This document shows, one piece after another, positions 19,591 through 28,618 of a stretch of DNA of 64,000 nt (position 1 is its first letter; each line of letters starts with the position of its first letter). The notes under the pieces are model-generated. The model did not search any database. It saw nothing but the letters and a program-made list of their open reading frames with translations, and was not told the DNA's origin. Both the position numbers and the translations under genes were made by a program. Source of the stretch: an uncultured delta proteobacterium (lineage in GTDB: Bacteria > Desulfobacterota > Binatia > UBA9968). The stretch lies in NCBI GenBank assembly GCA_963727625.1, contig CAVSHR010000012.1, forward strand, positions 32,001-96,000, in the 5' to 3' direction.

Positions 19591-20798
19591 ATGCCGGATT
19601 TCAAACTGATTTCCGCCGACAGCCACGTCAACGAACCGCCAGCCGCCTGGGAGCGCGTGCAAAAGCTATACGGCGATCGCGCGCCAAGAGTAGCCAAGGA
19701 TCCTCCCGGCGTTCCCAAAGGCATCTGGCTCCTCATCGACGGCCTACCACCGGTCGGCTTGTCGCATTACTCGAAGGGGCTCGTGGTCACCAAGAACAAA
19801 GGCATCTCCGAAGTCGAGCAGGAAAAACATTTCGAAACCATCCGCTTCAACGAATATTTTCGTTACGAAGATTATCCGGGAGGCTGGGAACCCGCTGCCC
19901 GTATAAAAGACCAGGAGACCGACGGCGTCGAAGCGGAAGTGCTCTTCTCCAGCGCTGCGCGCCAGCTCTATAGCATCACCGACGAACCCTTTCAGCGCGC
20001 CATTTTTGGCTCGTACAATGCCTGGCTCCATGAATTTTGCAGCCACAACCCAAAACGGCTCATCGGCTTGGCGACGCTGTCGATCTTGGACATCGAGCAC
20101 ACGGTCGCGGACATCTATGAATACGCCAAACTCGGTTTTCGCGGCGTGCAAATCCCTACTCGAATCCGAGATAGTGGCTACTATGAAGCCAAGTACGAGC
20201 CAATGTGGGCGACGCTGGAAGAAACCGGCATGATCGTAAACGTTCACACGAGCGCGACCCAAGGCGTCGCGCGCACGCACTACGAAGGGCCGCGCGAGGT
20301 CGATCCAAAAAAACAAAGCCTCGGCTTCGCCACCAAGCAAGCGCCGGCGCAGCAATTCCTCGGCAACATGATTCTGTCCGGCGTCTTCGACCGTCATCCC
20401 TAAACTCAAAGTCGTCTGCGCCGAGTTCGACGTCCGGCTGGGTCGCCAACCTAGTGCAGCAGGTCGACTACTGGTTCGGCCGCGCCAGCACCTTCGACGC
20501 CGAGAAAAATATCAACAAGCTCCCGCCCAGTGAGTATTTCAAACGAAACTCTTTCTTCACCTATCAAGATGACCGTGCCGGAGTATTGACGACGTTCGTG
20601 TACGGCGAGGATAATTTCCTCTGGGCGAGCGACTACCCCCATGGTGTCACCACTTGGCCAAACTCACAAGCGACCATCGATCGAAATTGCGCCGGGATCG
20701 ATCGGGCGGTCAAGAGCAAATTGAACCGCGACAACGTCGCCAAGCTTTATCGTTTGACGGATGGAGTATTGCATTGGACGGGTTTAAAAAATTTTTGA
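19591..20798 (+). pseudogene. Amidohydrolase_2 family protein with two +1 frameshifts
   Basis: ISADSHVNEPP ... GVFDRHP, then CCC-T-AAA and GTC-C-GGC single-base insertions (~20401, ~20435) restore KLKVVCAEFDV-GWV...LWASDYPH. Confidence 0.85.
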
Positions 20799-20800
20799 AC

Positions 20801-20926
20801 AAACGGCACAAAAAGATCTCAGATGCGAGGCGTGCGATGAATCGACGAGCGGAGGCGTAGGCATGAAGCACGTTGGAGCGAGGCGGTCGAACGGACCTGA
20901 AGCAGGTGAGTTTTTTTAAGCAGTCT
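20801..20926. mobile_element. Possible degenerate MITE-like element
   Basis: Imperfect terminal inverted repeats AAACGGCACAAAAA / TTTTTAAGCAGTCT (10/14 match) around a non-coding ~100 bp core. Confidence 0.35.
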
Positions 20927-20938
20927 GCCGGGGGAATC

Positions 20939-21157
20939 ATGAAAATCACGATTGATCGCACCAAATGCGACGGCTACGCCAAATGCGTCCAAGCCGCGCC
21001 CAAAGTGTTCCGACTCGATGCCAAGATGATCGCCGAAGTCATCGACCCCAAGGCCGACACCGACGAGAAAATTCTCCTCACGGCGAAAATCTGCCCGACG
21101 AAAGCAATTGTTTTGGAAGAAGAAGCGACGGGCAAGAGGATTTTTCCGTCGGAATAA
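20939..21157 (+). CDS. Single-cluster ferredoxin (Fer4_13/15 type, probably 3Fe-4S)
   Basis: MKITIDRTKCDGYAKCVQAAPKVF...CPTKAI. Confidence 0.85.
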   Translation: MKITIDRTKCDGYAKCVQAAPKVFRLDAKMIAEVIDPKADTDEKILLTAKICPTKAIVLEEEATGKRIFPSE

Positions 21158-21159
21158 TC

Positions 21160-21666
21160 TGTTGCGCCATCGGCACGGGGAGAAATCTAGCTTACTATCC
21201 GAGCGATTGCCGCATCATCGCTCTGGATCTCAGCAGCGAAATGTTAAAAGTTGCTCGAAACAAAGCAGCAAAGCTATCGGCGCACGTCTCTTTCGTATTG
21301 ACAGGTGGCGAAACTCTTCCTTTTCGGGATGGCCGGTTTGACACGGTAGTCACTTCCCTCTCAACCAGCACCTTTCCCGATCCCGTGGCGGCGCTTAAGA
21401 AAATCAAACGCGTTTGTCACCCGGCAGGAAAAGTTCTTCTGCTGGAACACGGCCGCAGCGATCGCGAGCGGCTTAGCCGCTGGCAGGATCGCCACGCGGA
21501 CCCGATCGCTAAACAGCTTGGCTGTCATTGGAACCGTGAACCCCTCGCCATGGTGCTCAAAGCTGGCTTAAACGTGAGGCGCGCGCGTCGGCTTTCCCTG
21601 GCATTTTCTATCAAATCGAAGCTGCGCCGGGATCCATCGAGCCAAGCTTTGAGATATCCGCGTTGA
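21160..21666 (+). pseudogene. 5'-truncated class I SAM methyltransferase
   Basis: AIGTGRNL, LDLSSEML, LPFRDGRFDTVV, LLLEHG, GCHWNR; no N-terminus; frameshift near 3' end. Confidence 0.75.
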
Positions 21667-21683
21667 GCTGGTAAATGATTCCT

Positions 21684-22322
21684 ATGGACCCGTGTTGTGA
21701 AGCCAAAGAAGAAGAACCGAGAGTCCTGCGCGGCAAGCAGAAAACCGTTCTCACGCTCGTTTTGATTATCAATGCGGTTCTCTTCGTTATCGAGGCGGGT
21801 GCCGGATTCATGGCACATTCGACGGCGCTGCTCGCCGACTCAGTTGATATGTTCGGCGATTCACTGGTGTACGGCTTTAGCCTTTAGTTTCTTTGGCGCA
21901 GCGCGGCATGGAAAGCGACGGTTGCCATGGTGAAAGGAACCGTCATGGCCGTGTTCGGCGTCGGGGTGCTGGCGCAGGGCATTTACAAGCTCATGACGAG
22001 CAGTTTGCCTAGCGCCGAAACCATGGGTTTCGTAGGGATTTTGGTTCTCGTCGGCAATGCGGTTTGTTTTCTCGTGCTCGTTCGCCATCGCTCCGACGAC
22101 CTCAACATGCGTTCCACGTGGCTATGCTCGCGGAACGACATCGTCGCTAATCTGGCGGTGTTGGCGGCGGCGATCGGCGTAAAGGTGTTTGACGCGAGCT
22201 GGCCGGATATCCTGGTCGGAGGCGCCATCTCCGGATTGTTTCTAAAGGGAGCCTTCACGGTCATTCACGAATCGTATTTGGAGCTGCGGGTCTTGAGATC
22301 CCAATCGTTAACCGCCGCGTAG
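21684..22322 (+). pseudogene. Cation diffusion facilitator-type (Co/Zn/Cd) transporter with in-frame TAG
   Basis: STALLADSVDM, YGFSL-TAG(21885-21887)-FLWR, DLNMRSTWLCSRND, WPDI; both track ORFs are in one frame. Confidence 0.8.
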
Positions 22323-22344
22323 TGATGATAACGGAGAGTATCGA

Positions 22345-22797
22345 ATGGATAGACGGAATTTTCTCATCAAAGGACTGCTTGCGGCGGGTACTGCCACGTT
22401 GACCGGCTGGCGAGGATCTGAGGCGGCGGAACACCGCTATCGATTGGCGCCAGAACGTGTGTTGCCGATGGATATTGCGAAGGCTCCCGCCGAGGTGCGC
22501 GAGGCCTACCGATTCGCGATCGTCAATCGTGACTCCCTCCGGTACATCCCGTGTTACTGTGGCTGCGGCGCCGACGGGCATACAAGCAATGCCTCCTGCT
22601 ATCTCAAGGATAGCTCGACTACTTCGCAGCCGATCTTTGATCGAATGAGCCTCGGCTGAGGCATCTGCATCGGCATCACGCGTGACCTGATAAAGATGAT
22701 GGATCAAGGCAAAGATCTCAGAGCAATGCGCGCGCAGATCGATAGGACTTACAGTAAATACGGGCCACCCACGCCGACGCCTCCGGTGCCGCGTTAG
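22345..22797 (+). CDS. PCYCGC-motif exported protein, candidate selenoprotein (UxxC), 150 aa
   Basis: Twin-Arg-like MDRRNFL; IPCYCGC, HTSNASCY; FDRMSLG-UGA(22657-22659)-GICIGITRD...YGPPTPTPPVPR-TAG; frame stays open with family-like C-terminus. Confidence 0.75.
22662..22698 (+). promoter_or_regulatory. Candidate SECIS hairpin after the PCYCGC UGA
   Basis: CAUCU-GC-AUCGG-CA-UCA-[CGCG]-UGA-C-CUGAU-AA-AGAUG; apical loop 19 nt after UGA; folded by eye. Confidence 0.4.
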
Positions 22798-22821
22798 CTG
22801 TAGTTGCCAACGTGTGTGAAG

Positions 22822-23061
22822 TCACGGCTGGACTATTTTGTTTTCCACCGCACAGTTTCGTTCTAGCCACTCGCCATAAATGATTAATCCTAAGAAAATC
22901 ACCATTGCCGCCAACAGCGCGTAGTCGAGATAACCTGTCGCACCCGCTAGGCCGAGAGCGCCAAACAGAACGATCAGGACTGGAGTCACGCAACAGATGA
23001 CCGCAATGATGCCGCCGATCACCCCCGTCGTGATCAATCGGTTTCCGCGGTTTGACGGCAT
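22822..23061 (-). CDS. merF: MerF-like mercury/heavy-metal transport protein
   Basis: GVIGGIIAVICCVTPVLIVLFGALGL...GYLDYALL. Confidence 0.75.
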   Translation of the reverse strand: MPSNRGNRLITTGVIGGIIAVICCVTPVLIVLFGALGLAGATGYLDYALLAAMVIFLGLIIYGEWLERNCAVENKIVQP

Positions 23062-23274
23062 TATTCTCTCCTCAACGAGTTTGCTTCTTGCACCTGCGGG
23101 CAAGGAACATCGCCGTACGAACAGAAAATACGAGCAAGTCCCCTCCTTGGCTTTGAGCAAGTTTCCGCAGCCCGCGCATTCATGAAAAAAAAGACGATAG
23201 TCGGTGGGCATCGATAGTCGTTCGACATGACCGCAGGCCGGGCGCGTAGCCCGTGATTCTGCGATAGTTTCCAT
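23061..23274 (-). pseudogene. GDCCVxC-family small metal-binding protein, frameshifted
   Basis: METIAES..ACGH..MPTD..FFHECAGCGNLLKAKEG then frameshift to IFCSYGDVPCP. Confidence 0.7.
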
Positions 23275-23401
23275 CTCTGATTCTTTCTGCTCCCGATGCC
23301 CGTGCATTGTTGGCGGCGGCAGTTTCGCCCGCGCGCGGCCATGAGCGGCACTAGGCTCTTGGACGGTCGAGCGAGAGAGCCTAGCCCCCCCAACGTCGAG
23401 A

Positions 23402-23588
23402 TTAGGTGTCGTTCAATTCGCCGGACCGCACGCGAGCGACCGGATCAATTCCATTCGGCGTGCGTGTGCTCCCGCGGGTCTTCTCCGCCTCGCCGATGGT
23501 GACGGCTTCGTCCGTGATCTCCACAGCCCGGCAACCGCCGCAAGCGGGACAGAGAGTTACTTGATTGCTCTGTCCATCTTGCTTCATC
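23402..23588 (-). pseudogene. Small Cys-motif hypothetical protein, frameshifted
   Basis: VTLCPACGGCRAVEITDEAVTIGE...EWN...RVRSGEL split across frames. Confidence 0.45.
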
Positions 23589-23779
23589 TCGTCCCAGGTT
23601 GAAGTACAATTTAAGCTCAAGGGACGTCGGGAATACCAAGCCGTTGCGGGAAGCCCCGCGGCAACAATCACATGCTTTGCTCGAAAATTTAATCAACCAA
23701 CCACAAAGAATCAACGATAGCCTCTTTTTTCATTCCGATCTCCCTCTCCTTTCGATTCTTCACGACACTGTTTCATTCG

Positions 23780-24009
23780 CCACCAGCCATAAACGCCCAC
23801 GAGCAAACAAATCAACGCCAAAGGTAAAAACACTCAATAGAGGTAAGGTATTTTGGTAAGGTATCAAGGTCAAGGTATAATAGACGCGAGGCCAAGAATG
23901 CCGGCCCTACGACGAGTATCGGCGTGAAGCAGCATACGGCCGCTATGATCGCTCCCCATAGGCCTCCCTTGTAGCATCTGGCGGCGTTCTGCAATGAGTT
24001 ATTTGCCAT
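23780..24009 (-). pseudogene. Second, degraded MerF-like gene
   Basis: GGLWGAIIAAVCCFTPILVVG then frame disruption. Confidence 0.6.
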
Positions 24010-24039
24010 GGCCGTTTTCTTCCATGTTCCGGTTCGCGT

Positions 24040-24352
24040 TTGGTTATCGCGCGTGCCTGAAATCCTGCCTCGACAACAGCGTGAATCATCTTTAGACGGT
24101 CACTTGGCTGGGATCGTCAAGTGACAACGGCTTGCTTTTCAGTAAAACTCACTTCTGCCTTTCTTGACTCCCTTGAGCCCCTCCAGGGCCACCCGTACGG
24201 TTACGGGGCAGGCCCCTCAGGTCATTCCCTCGACCCTGAGAATTGCAGTGGTAGGCGTTTCAGATTATCACCAGCGTAAATTGGGAGCACATTACGCGGT
24301 GATTAGCGGGGCGCACAACAGCGCTCTCGAAGGCTACGCGTTTATTTTTCAT
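24040..24352 (-). pseudogene. MerP/HMA-domain protein with GMT-UGA-GAC, frameshifted downstream (not in ORF track)
   Basis: Manual translation TTAILRVEGMT-UGA(24219-24217)-GACPVTVRVALEGLKGVKK, then after indels AEVSF..KQAVVT..DP..MIHAVVEAGF. Confidence 0.7.
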
Positions 24353-24733
24353 ACGAATCCTCCGATGGGTTACATTGAGCTGCTGCAAAACTTCCGACGT
24401 GGAAAATTGGAAACGCGTCGAGAATGATAGCGACGCTCACGACAATTGTGGCAATTAACAAAAGAGCGAGATTGGTTTTGCGGCCCACGAACTTGCAGCC
24501 GAGACTGTTACACCACCATTTCTCGCAAAAATAGAGCAGGTAACCCATGGCAACCCCGAGGACTCCCGTCGGTAGAAAATCCCCGGATACTGCATGGTCA
24601 CCATCATGAAAGCTCCGCTTCCCAAGCCTAGAGCGACAATCGCCAGCGGCAAAAGACAGCAGAGCGAGGCGACAATCGCCGCCGAGAAACTAACGAGGCC
24701 GGCTTTAAGACTGTTAAAAATCATCACTCGCAA
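24342..24733 (-). pseudogene. MerT-like transporter, frameshifted
   Basis: AAIVASLCCLLPLAIVALGLG in one frame; GYLLYF..CNSLGCK..NLALLLIAT in the next. Confidence 0.65.
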
Positions 24734-24828
24734 TAGGGCTCATGCCAACGTCTGTTCCGGAACCGATGATTTTCGTATCCGCACCGGCGATCACGCGGAC
24801 CCGCCTGCCTTCACCTCGTTTCAACTCC

Positions 24829-24860
24829 ATGCTACAGGTTAAAGTAGAGTTTAAGGTCAA
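24829..24860 (-). promoter_or_regulatory. MerR-family long-spacer promoter/operator for the merT-like cluster
   Basis: Minus strand TTGACC-20 bp (TTAAACTCTACTTTAACCTG, dyad TTAAA/TTTAA)-TAGCAT, divergent from the MerR gene. Confidence 0.7.
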
Positions 24861-24874
24861 GGGGGTAACGGTCG

Positions 24875-25261
24875 ATGATGCCTTCGGTGAGGTTGCCCGA
24901 TCAGTCGGCGTGCGCACATGGCGATCCGCTACTACGAGACGCAAGGAATTATTCACCCGCGCTGCGCTGTGTAAACGGCTATCGGTTCTATCGCGATGAT
25001 GCCGTCAATCTACTGGCGTTCGTCAAACGCGCTCAGTCATTGGGACTGACGCTGAAAGAAATCAAATCATTATTGAGATTGAACTGTAACGACCGGGGAC
25101 GCTGTAACCAGGCGAAACGGTTGGCACGGGAATACATACAAGAGATCGATCGAACGATCGGAGAATTGCAGCGGCTTCGCAGCGAGCTTCAGGGATTATC
25201 GAAACGCAAAGTGCGCCGGCCTGCTAAGAACGAAATTTGTCCGATCATCGAAGCGGCATGA
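24875..25261 (+). pseudogene. Heavy-metal MerR-family regulator with frameshifted HTH
   Basis: GEVARSVGV and AIRYYE in shifted frames; NGYRFY..FVKRAQSLGLTLKEI..C..ICPIIE. Confidence 0.8.
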
Positions 25262-25316
25262 ATTCGTGATCGCGACGAGTTGCCGCTGGTAGCGATCAAC
25301 GACCCCGTGCGACGAC

Positions 25317-25727
25317 TTATTGCCCGACGAACAACCGCCATGCGATCCAGCCCAGCCAACTAATGGCCGTGATCCAGATGAGCACAATTACGATTATCAC
25401 CTTATAGTTGCGCGGCAACTTGGCGGAGACGGTCGCACGTGATCGCGCCTTACACTCTTGCCAGACATGATCTGGAATCATTTTTATTGCCACGGCGATC
25501 CCTAAGGGCACGAGTATAAGATCATCGAGGTAACCCAGTACCGGAATGAAATCCGGGATCAGATCCACCGGGCTCAACGCGTAAACCACGACCACGCCGA
25601 TGATGACCTTCGCCAGCCATGGAGCCCTTGGGTCGCGCGAGGCAAGGTAAAGAGCATAAACGTCTTGCTTGAGCTCTTTGGCGCGGGCTTTCCATCGTTT
25701 CCACATGTTATCGTCGGCCGTCCTCAT
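25317..25727 (-). CDS. YkvA / DUF1232 membrane protein
   Basis: YALSPVDLIPDFIPVLGYLDD. Confidence 0.88.
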   Translation of the reverse strand: MRTADDNMWKRWKARAKELKQDVYALYLASRDPRAPWLAKVIIGVVVVYALSPVDLIPDFIPVLGYLDDLILVPLGIAVAIKMIPDHVWQECKARSRATVSAKLPRNYKVIIVIVLIWITAISWLGWIAWRLFVGQ

Positions 25728-26410
25728 GGGGCGGCAGCACTAATCGGTAACCGATACCGGTTTCGGTCCTAATCAATTTCATTGGAGCACGCGCTACCTC
25801 GATTTTCTTGCGTAAGTGGGTCATATACACCCGCAAATACTGAGATTGCTCTTCGGCATTGGGTCCCCAGACTTCACGAAGTAAATGCTTATGAGTTATG
25901 ACCTTGCCTGCGTGTTGCGCCAACACTCTTAAGAGGGCGTATTCCGTCGCAGTGAGCCTAACCTCCTTATCGCTGACAGTGACCGTGCGGCTTGTGAAAT
26001 TGATTGCCAAATGGCCCGCCTGAAATAGCGGCTCCTCCAACCGACCATCGCGCGACGTTGAATCGCCCGCAGTCGAGCCAGCAGTTCGCGCGATTGAAAA
26101 GGTTTCGTGACGTAGTCGTCAGCTCCGTTGTCGAGTGCCGCGACCTTGTCGTCAGCCCCTCCCTGACCGAGAGAACCAAGACGGGCACTCTGCTCCATTC
26201 CCGCAGGCGCTTTAAGACCTCGGTGCCGTCCAGGTCCGGCAATGCCAAGTCGAGCAGGACCACGTCCGGCCTTCGGCTGGCGATATCGAGCAAACCCTGA
26301 CGTGCATTTTCTGACTCGAAAACCTGATATTCACTCTCCAAGACAACGCGAAGCAATCTGCGAATTTGTCGCTCGTCATCGATGACGAGCGCTGTGGGCA
26401 GGTCAGTCAA
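25708..26410 (-). pseudogene. KdpE-like OmpR-family response regulator, frameshifted
   Basis: [23 protein letters not shown] / [19 protein letters not shown] / LTATEY..YLRVYMTHLRKK..TETGIGYR in three frames. Confidence 0.85.
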
Positions 26411-27932
26411 GCCGGCTCCTCCAAAAGTTCGCCGTGAAAGGTTTCCACTGGAATCATGGTGATGAATTTCGCACCGCACGGGTCCCGATTCATGGCTGGG
26501 ATGCTCCCGCCATGAGCACGCACAAAGCCTTCAACGATGGCCAAGCCCAGCCCTGCGCCTCCCGAAGGGGCATCTTTCCCGCGATAGAATGCTTCGAACA
26601 TTCTCTCGATCTCGGATTCGCACATTCCTTTCCTTGATCTTCTACCGATAATTCCAGGCAATTGTTATCGACTTGCGCCGAGATGACGATCTCGCTTCCT
26701 AACGGGCTTGAAAACGCGGCGTTTATCAGCAGATTGCAGAGAGCTTGTTCTAAAAGCGCCTGATCGATTTTCACCATCGGCAAATTTTCTTCGAAATCAG
26801 CGACGACACGATGCTCTCTCAAGCTGTCCTCGGCCAACGCGATCGCCGCCTCGACAAGTTCGCCCACGTCGCACCAGTCGAGCCTGGGCTTGACCGTCCC
26901 CGATTCATCTGGCTCATGTTGAGAAGATTGTCGATGACGCGCTGCAAGCGCCCTAATGCCGATTGAACTTCCTCCACGGTCAATTGGATTTTGTTGTCCG
27001 CCAATCGGCCGCCCGCGAGCGCATCAAACCGGTCCGAATGGCCGCGAGAGGAGTTTTCAATTCATGCGAAACGCTCTGCAAAATCACCCGGTGGAGCTGT
27101 GCCGATGCTTCGAGAATCTCCGCGTGCTTGAGCGCGGCGAGCAGGTGATCGCGCTCAAGAATGCTTCCGATCAGCACCGCCAAGGTCTGCAATAGCTCTT
27201 TCGCCGCACGATCCAAACTTTTGTTCGCCGAAGGCTTCAGAACGAGCACTCCCATAATCGCCGTGCGCGCCTGCAGGGGACAATACAAGGCGCCGTCGCC
27301 AGGCATCGTCGGGAGATTATTTTCGGTCGGCCGGGACTCGCCGAATAGCCGCTGTGCCGCCCTCAGCGCCTTTTCGTCGACTGCAAGGAACCGGCCTCGT
27401 GCGGTTCGGAAGACAGTGTGTGATCGTTCAGACGAAGCAATAGTGCCACACGGCTGGCGAAAAGCGTTTCAATCAACGTGACAGCAGCGCGGAGACCGCT
27501 ATCGCGATCCAGCGCGAGGCCAGCCTGCCAAACCAATTCGTATAAAACGCGTGTCCGGTGTTCTTTCTGGAGATCCAGAATCTGATTGGCCCGCAATCGA
27601 CTGGTCAAATGCCCATCGCAAGCGCTACCACAAAGAACATCGCAAAGTGCATCACATCTTCGACCGTGGCGATGTAGAAGAAAGCGCGGCGGTATAAACA
27701 AGAAATTCCACAGCAACGCGCAGGCGGCGCCGATGAACAGAACGGTCCAGCGGGAGAAGTTCAGGCCGGCGAAGACGACCAGCAGGAGATAGAGAAGCGC
27801 GACGGTGACATAGCCGGTCACGGAAACGATCGCCAACGCGATGGCTGTCGTCACGGCAAGAGAAATCGACGCAAGGGCGACCTCGCGAAGATGGCCGGTT
27901 GGAAAACCTGGTTTGAGGAGCAATGCGCTCAT
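26407..27932 (-). pseudogene. KdpD-like sensor histidine kinase (DUF4118 TM, HisKA, HATPase), multiple frameshifts
   Basis: WNFLFIPPRF; SVSHELKTPL; LLEQALCNLLINA; GAGLGLAIV spread over several ORFs. Confidence 0.85.
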
Positions 27933-28099
27933 GGCCTCCGCTCGGTTTGGACGACAACTGAGCCTTATGAGTCTACCGTTTAGGAGATGCGATGTTAATC
28001 GCGATCAAGACTGCCACTCCGATTTTAGCGTTATTTTAATGTTTAGGGACCGGCTTTTAATTGGTCTGCATCCATCGTTCCCGGCTAATCTAGAGATCT

Positions 28100-28615
28100 A
28101 TGCTGGGAGTCGGTCCGCTTGCGCAGCCCGTTGGTTCGCACACCGTGCGCCGAATCGCGCATCCGACGTGCCTTACCGACGCTTCGGATAACGCCCTCGA
28201 ATGGGCGGAGCATCTCGCCCAGACTAGCCATGCCGAGTTGCTTTTGTTGCACGTCGCCCCTCCTCCCACACCCATCTTCGAAGCGGAATCCCCGGAAAAA
28301 CGGCGCGCGGAACTGCAGCTGTCGCTGCTACTCGCTCAAGCCAAATTGAAGGGTCTTCGTGCCAGGGGGTTCATCCTCTGCGGATCCGGGTCGATCGGCC
28401 GCCAAATCGAGAACGCTGCGCGACTTGAGCGGGTGGACATGATTGTCATGGGAACGAATGGACGAACCGGATTGTCCAGGCTGCTCGTCGGAAGCGTTGC
28501 CTCCCGGGTGGTTTCACGAGCGCGGTGTCCCGTCCTGATTATTCCGAGCCGATTGGCCGCACCACCGACGCTTACCGTCTTAGACGCAATCTCCGATACG
28601 CATGGAGGTCGATGA
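28100..28615 (+). CDS. Universal stress protein
   Basis: LLLLHV, DMIVMGTNGRTGLSRLLVGSVASRVV..CPVL. Confidence 0.82.
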   Translation: MLGVGPLAQPVGSHTVRRIAHPTCLTDASDNALEWAEHLAQTSHAELLLLHVAPPPTPIFEAESPEKRRAELQLSLLLAQAKLKGLRARGFILCGSGSIGRQIENAARLERVDMIVMGTNGRTGLSRLLVGSVASRVVSRARCPVLIIPSRLAAPPTLTVLDAISDTHGGR

Positions 28616-28618
28616 CGC

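Noticed and set aside
20400-20436. Programmed frameshift in the amidohydrolase
   Set aside because: Two separate insertions, no slippery heptamer; decay or assembly error is simpler
21885-21887. In-frame TAG in the CDF transporter as possible read-through
   Set aside because: Most simply a Tyr codon mutated to stop in a decaying region; other genes use TAG as a normal stop
22822-23307. GDCCVxC-MerF fusion suggested by the 161-aa ORF
   Set aside because: Artefact of a frameshift in the GDCCVxC gene; merF has its own RBS and ATG at 23061
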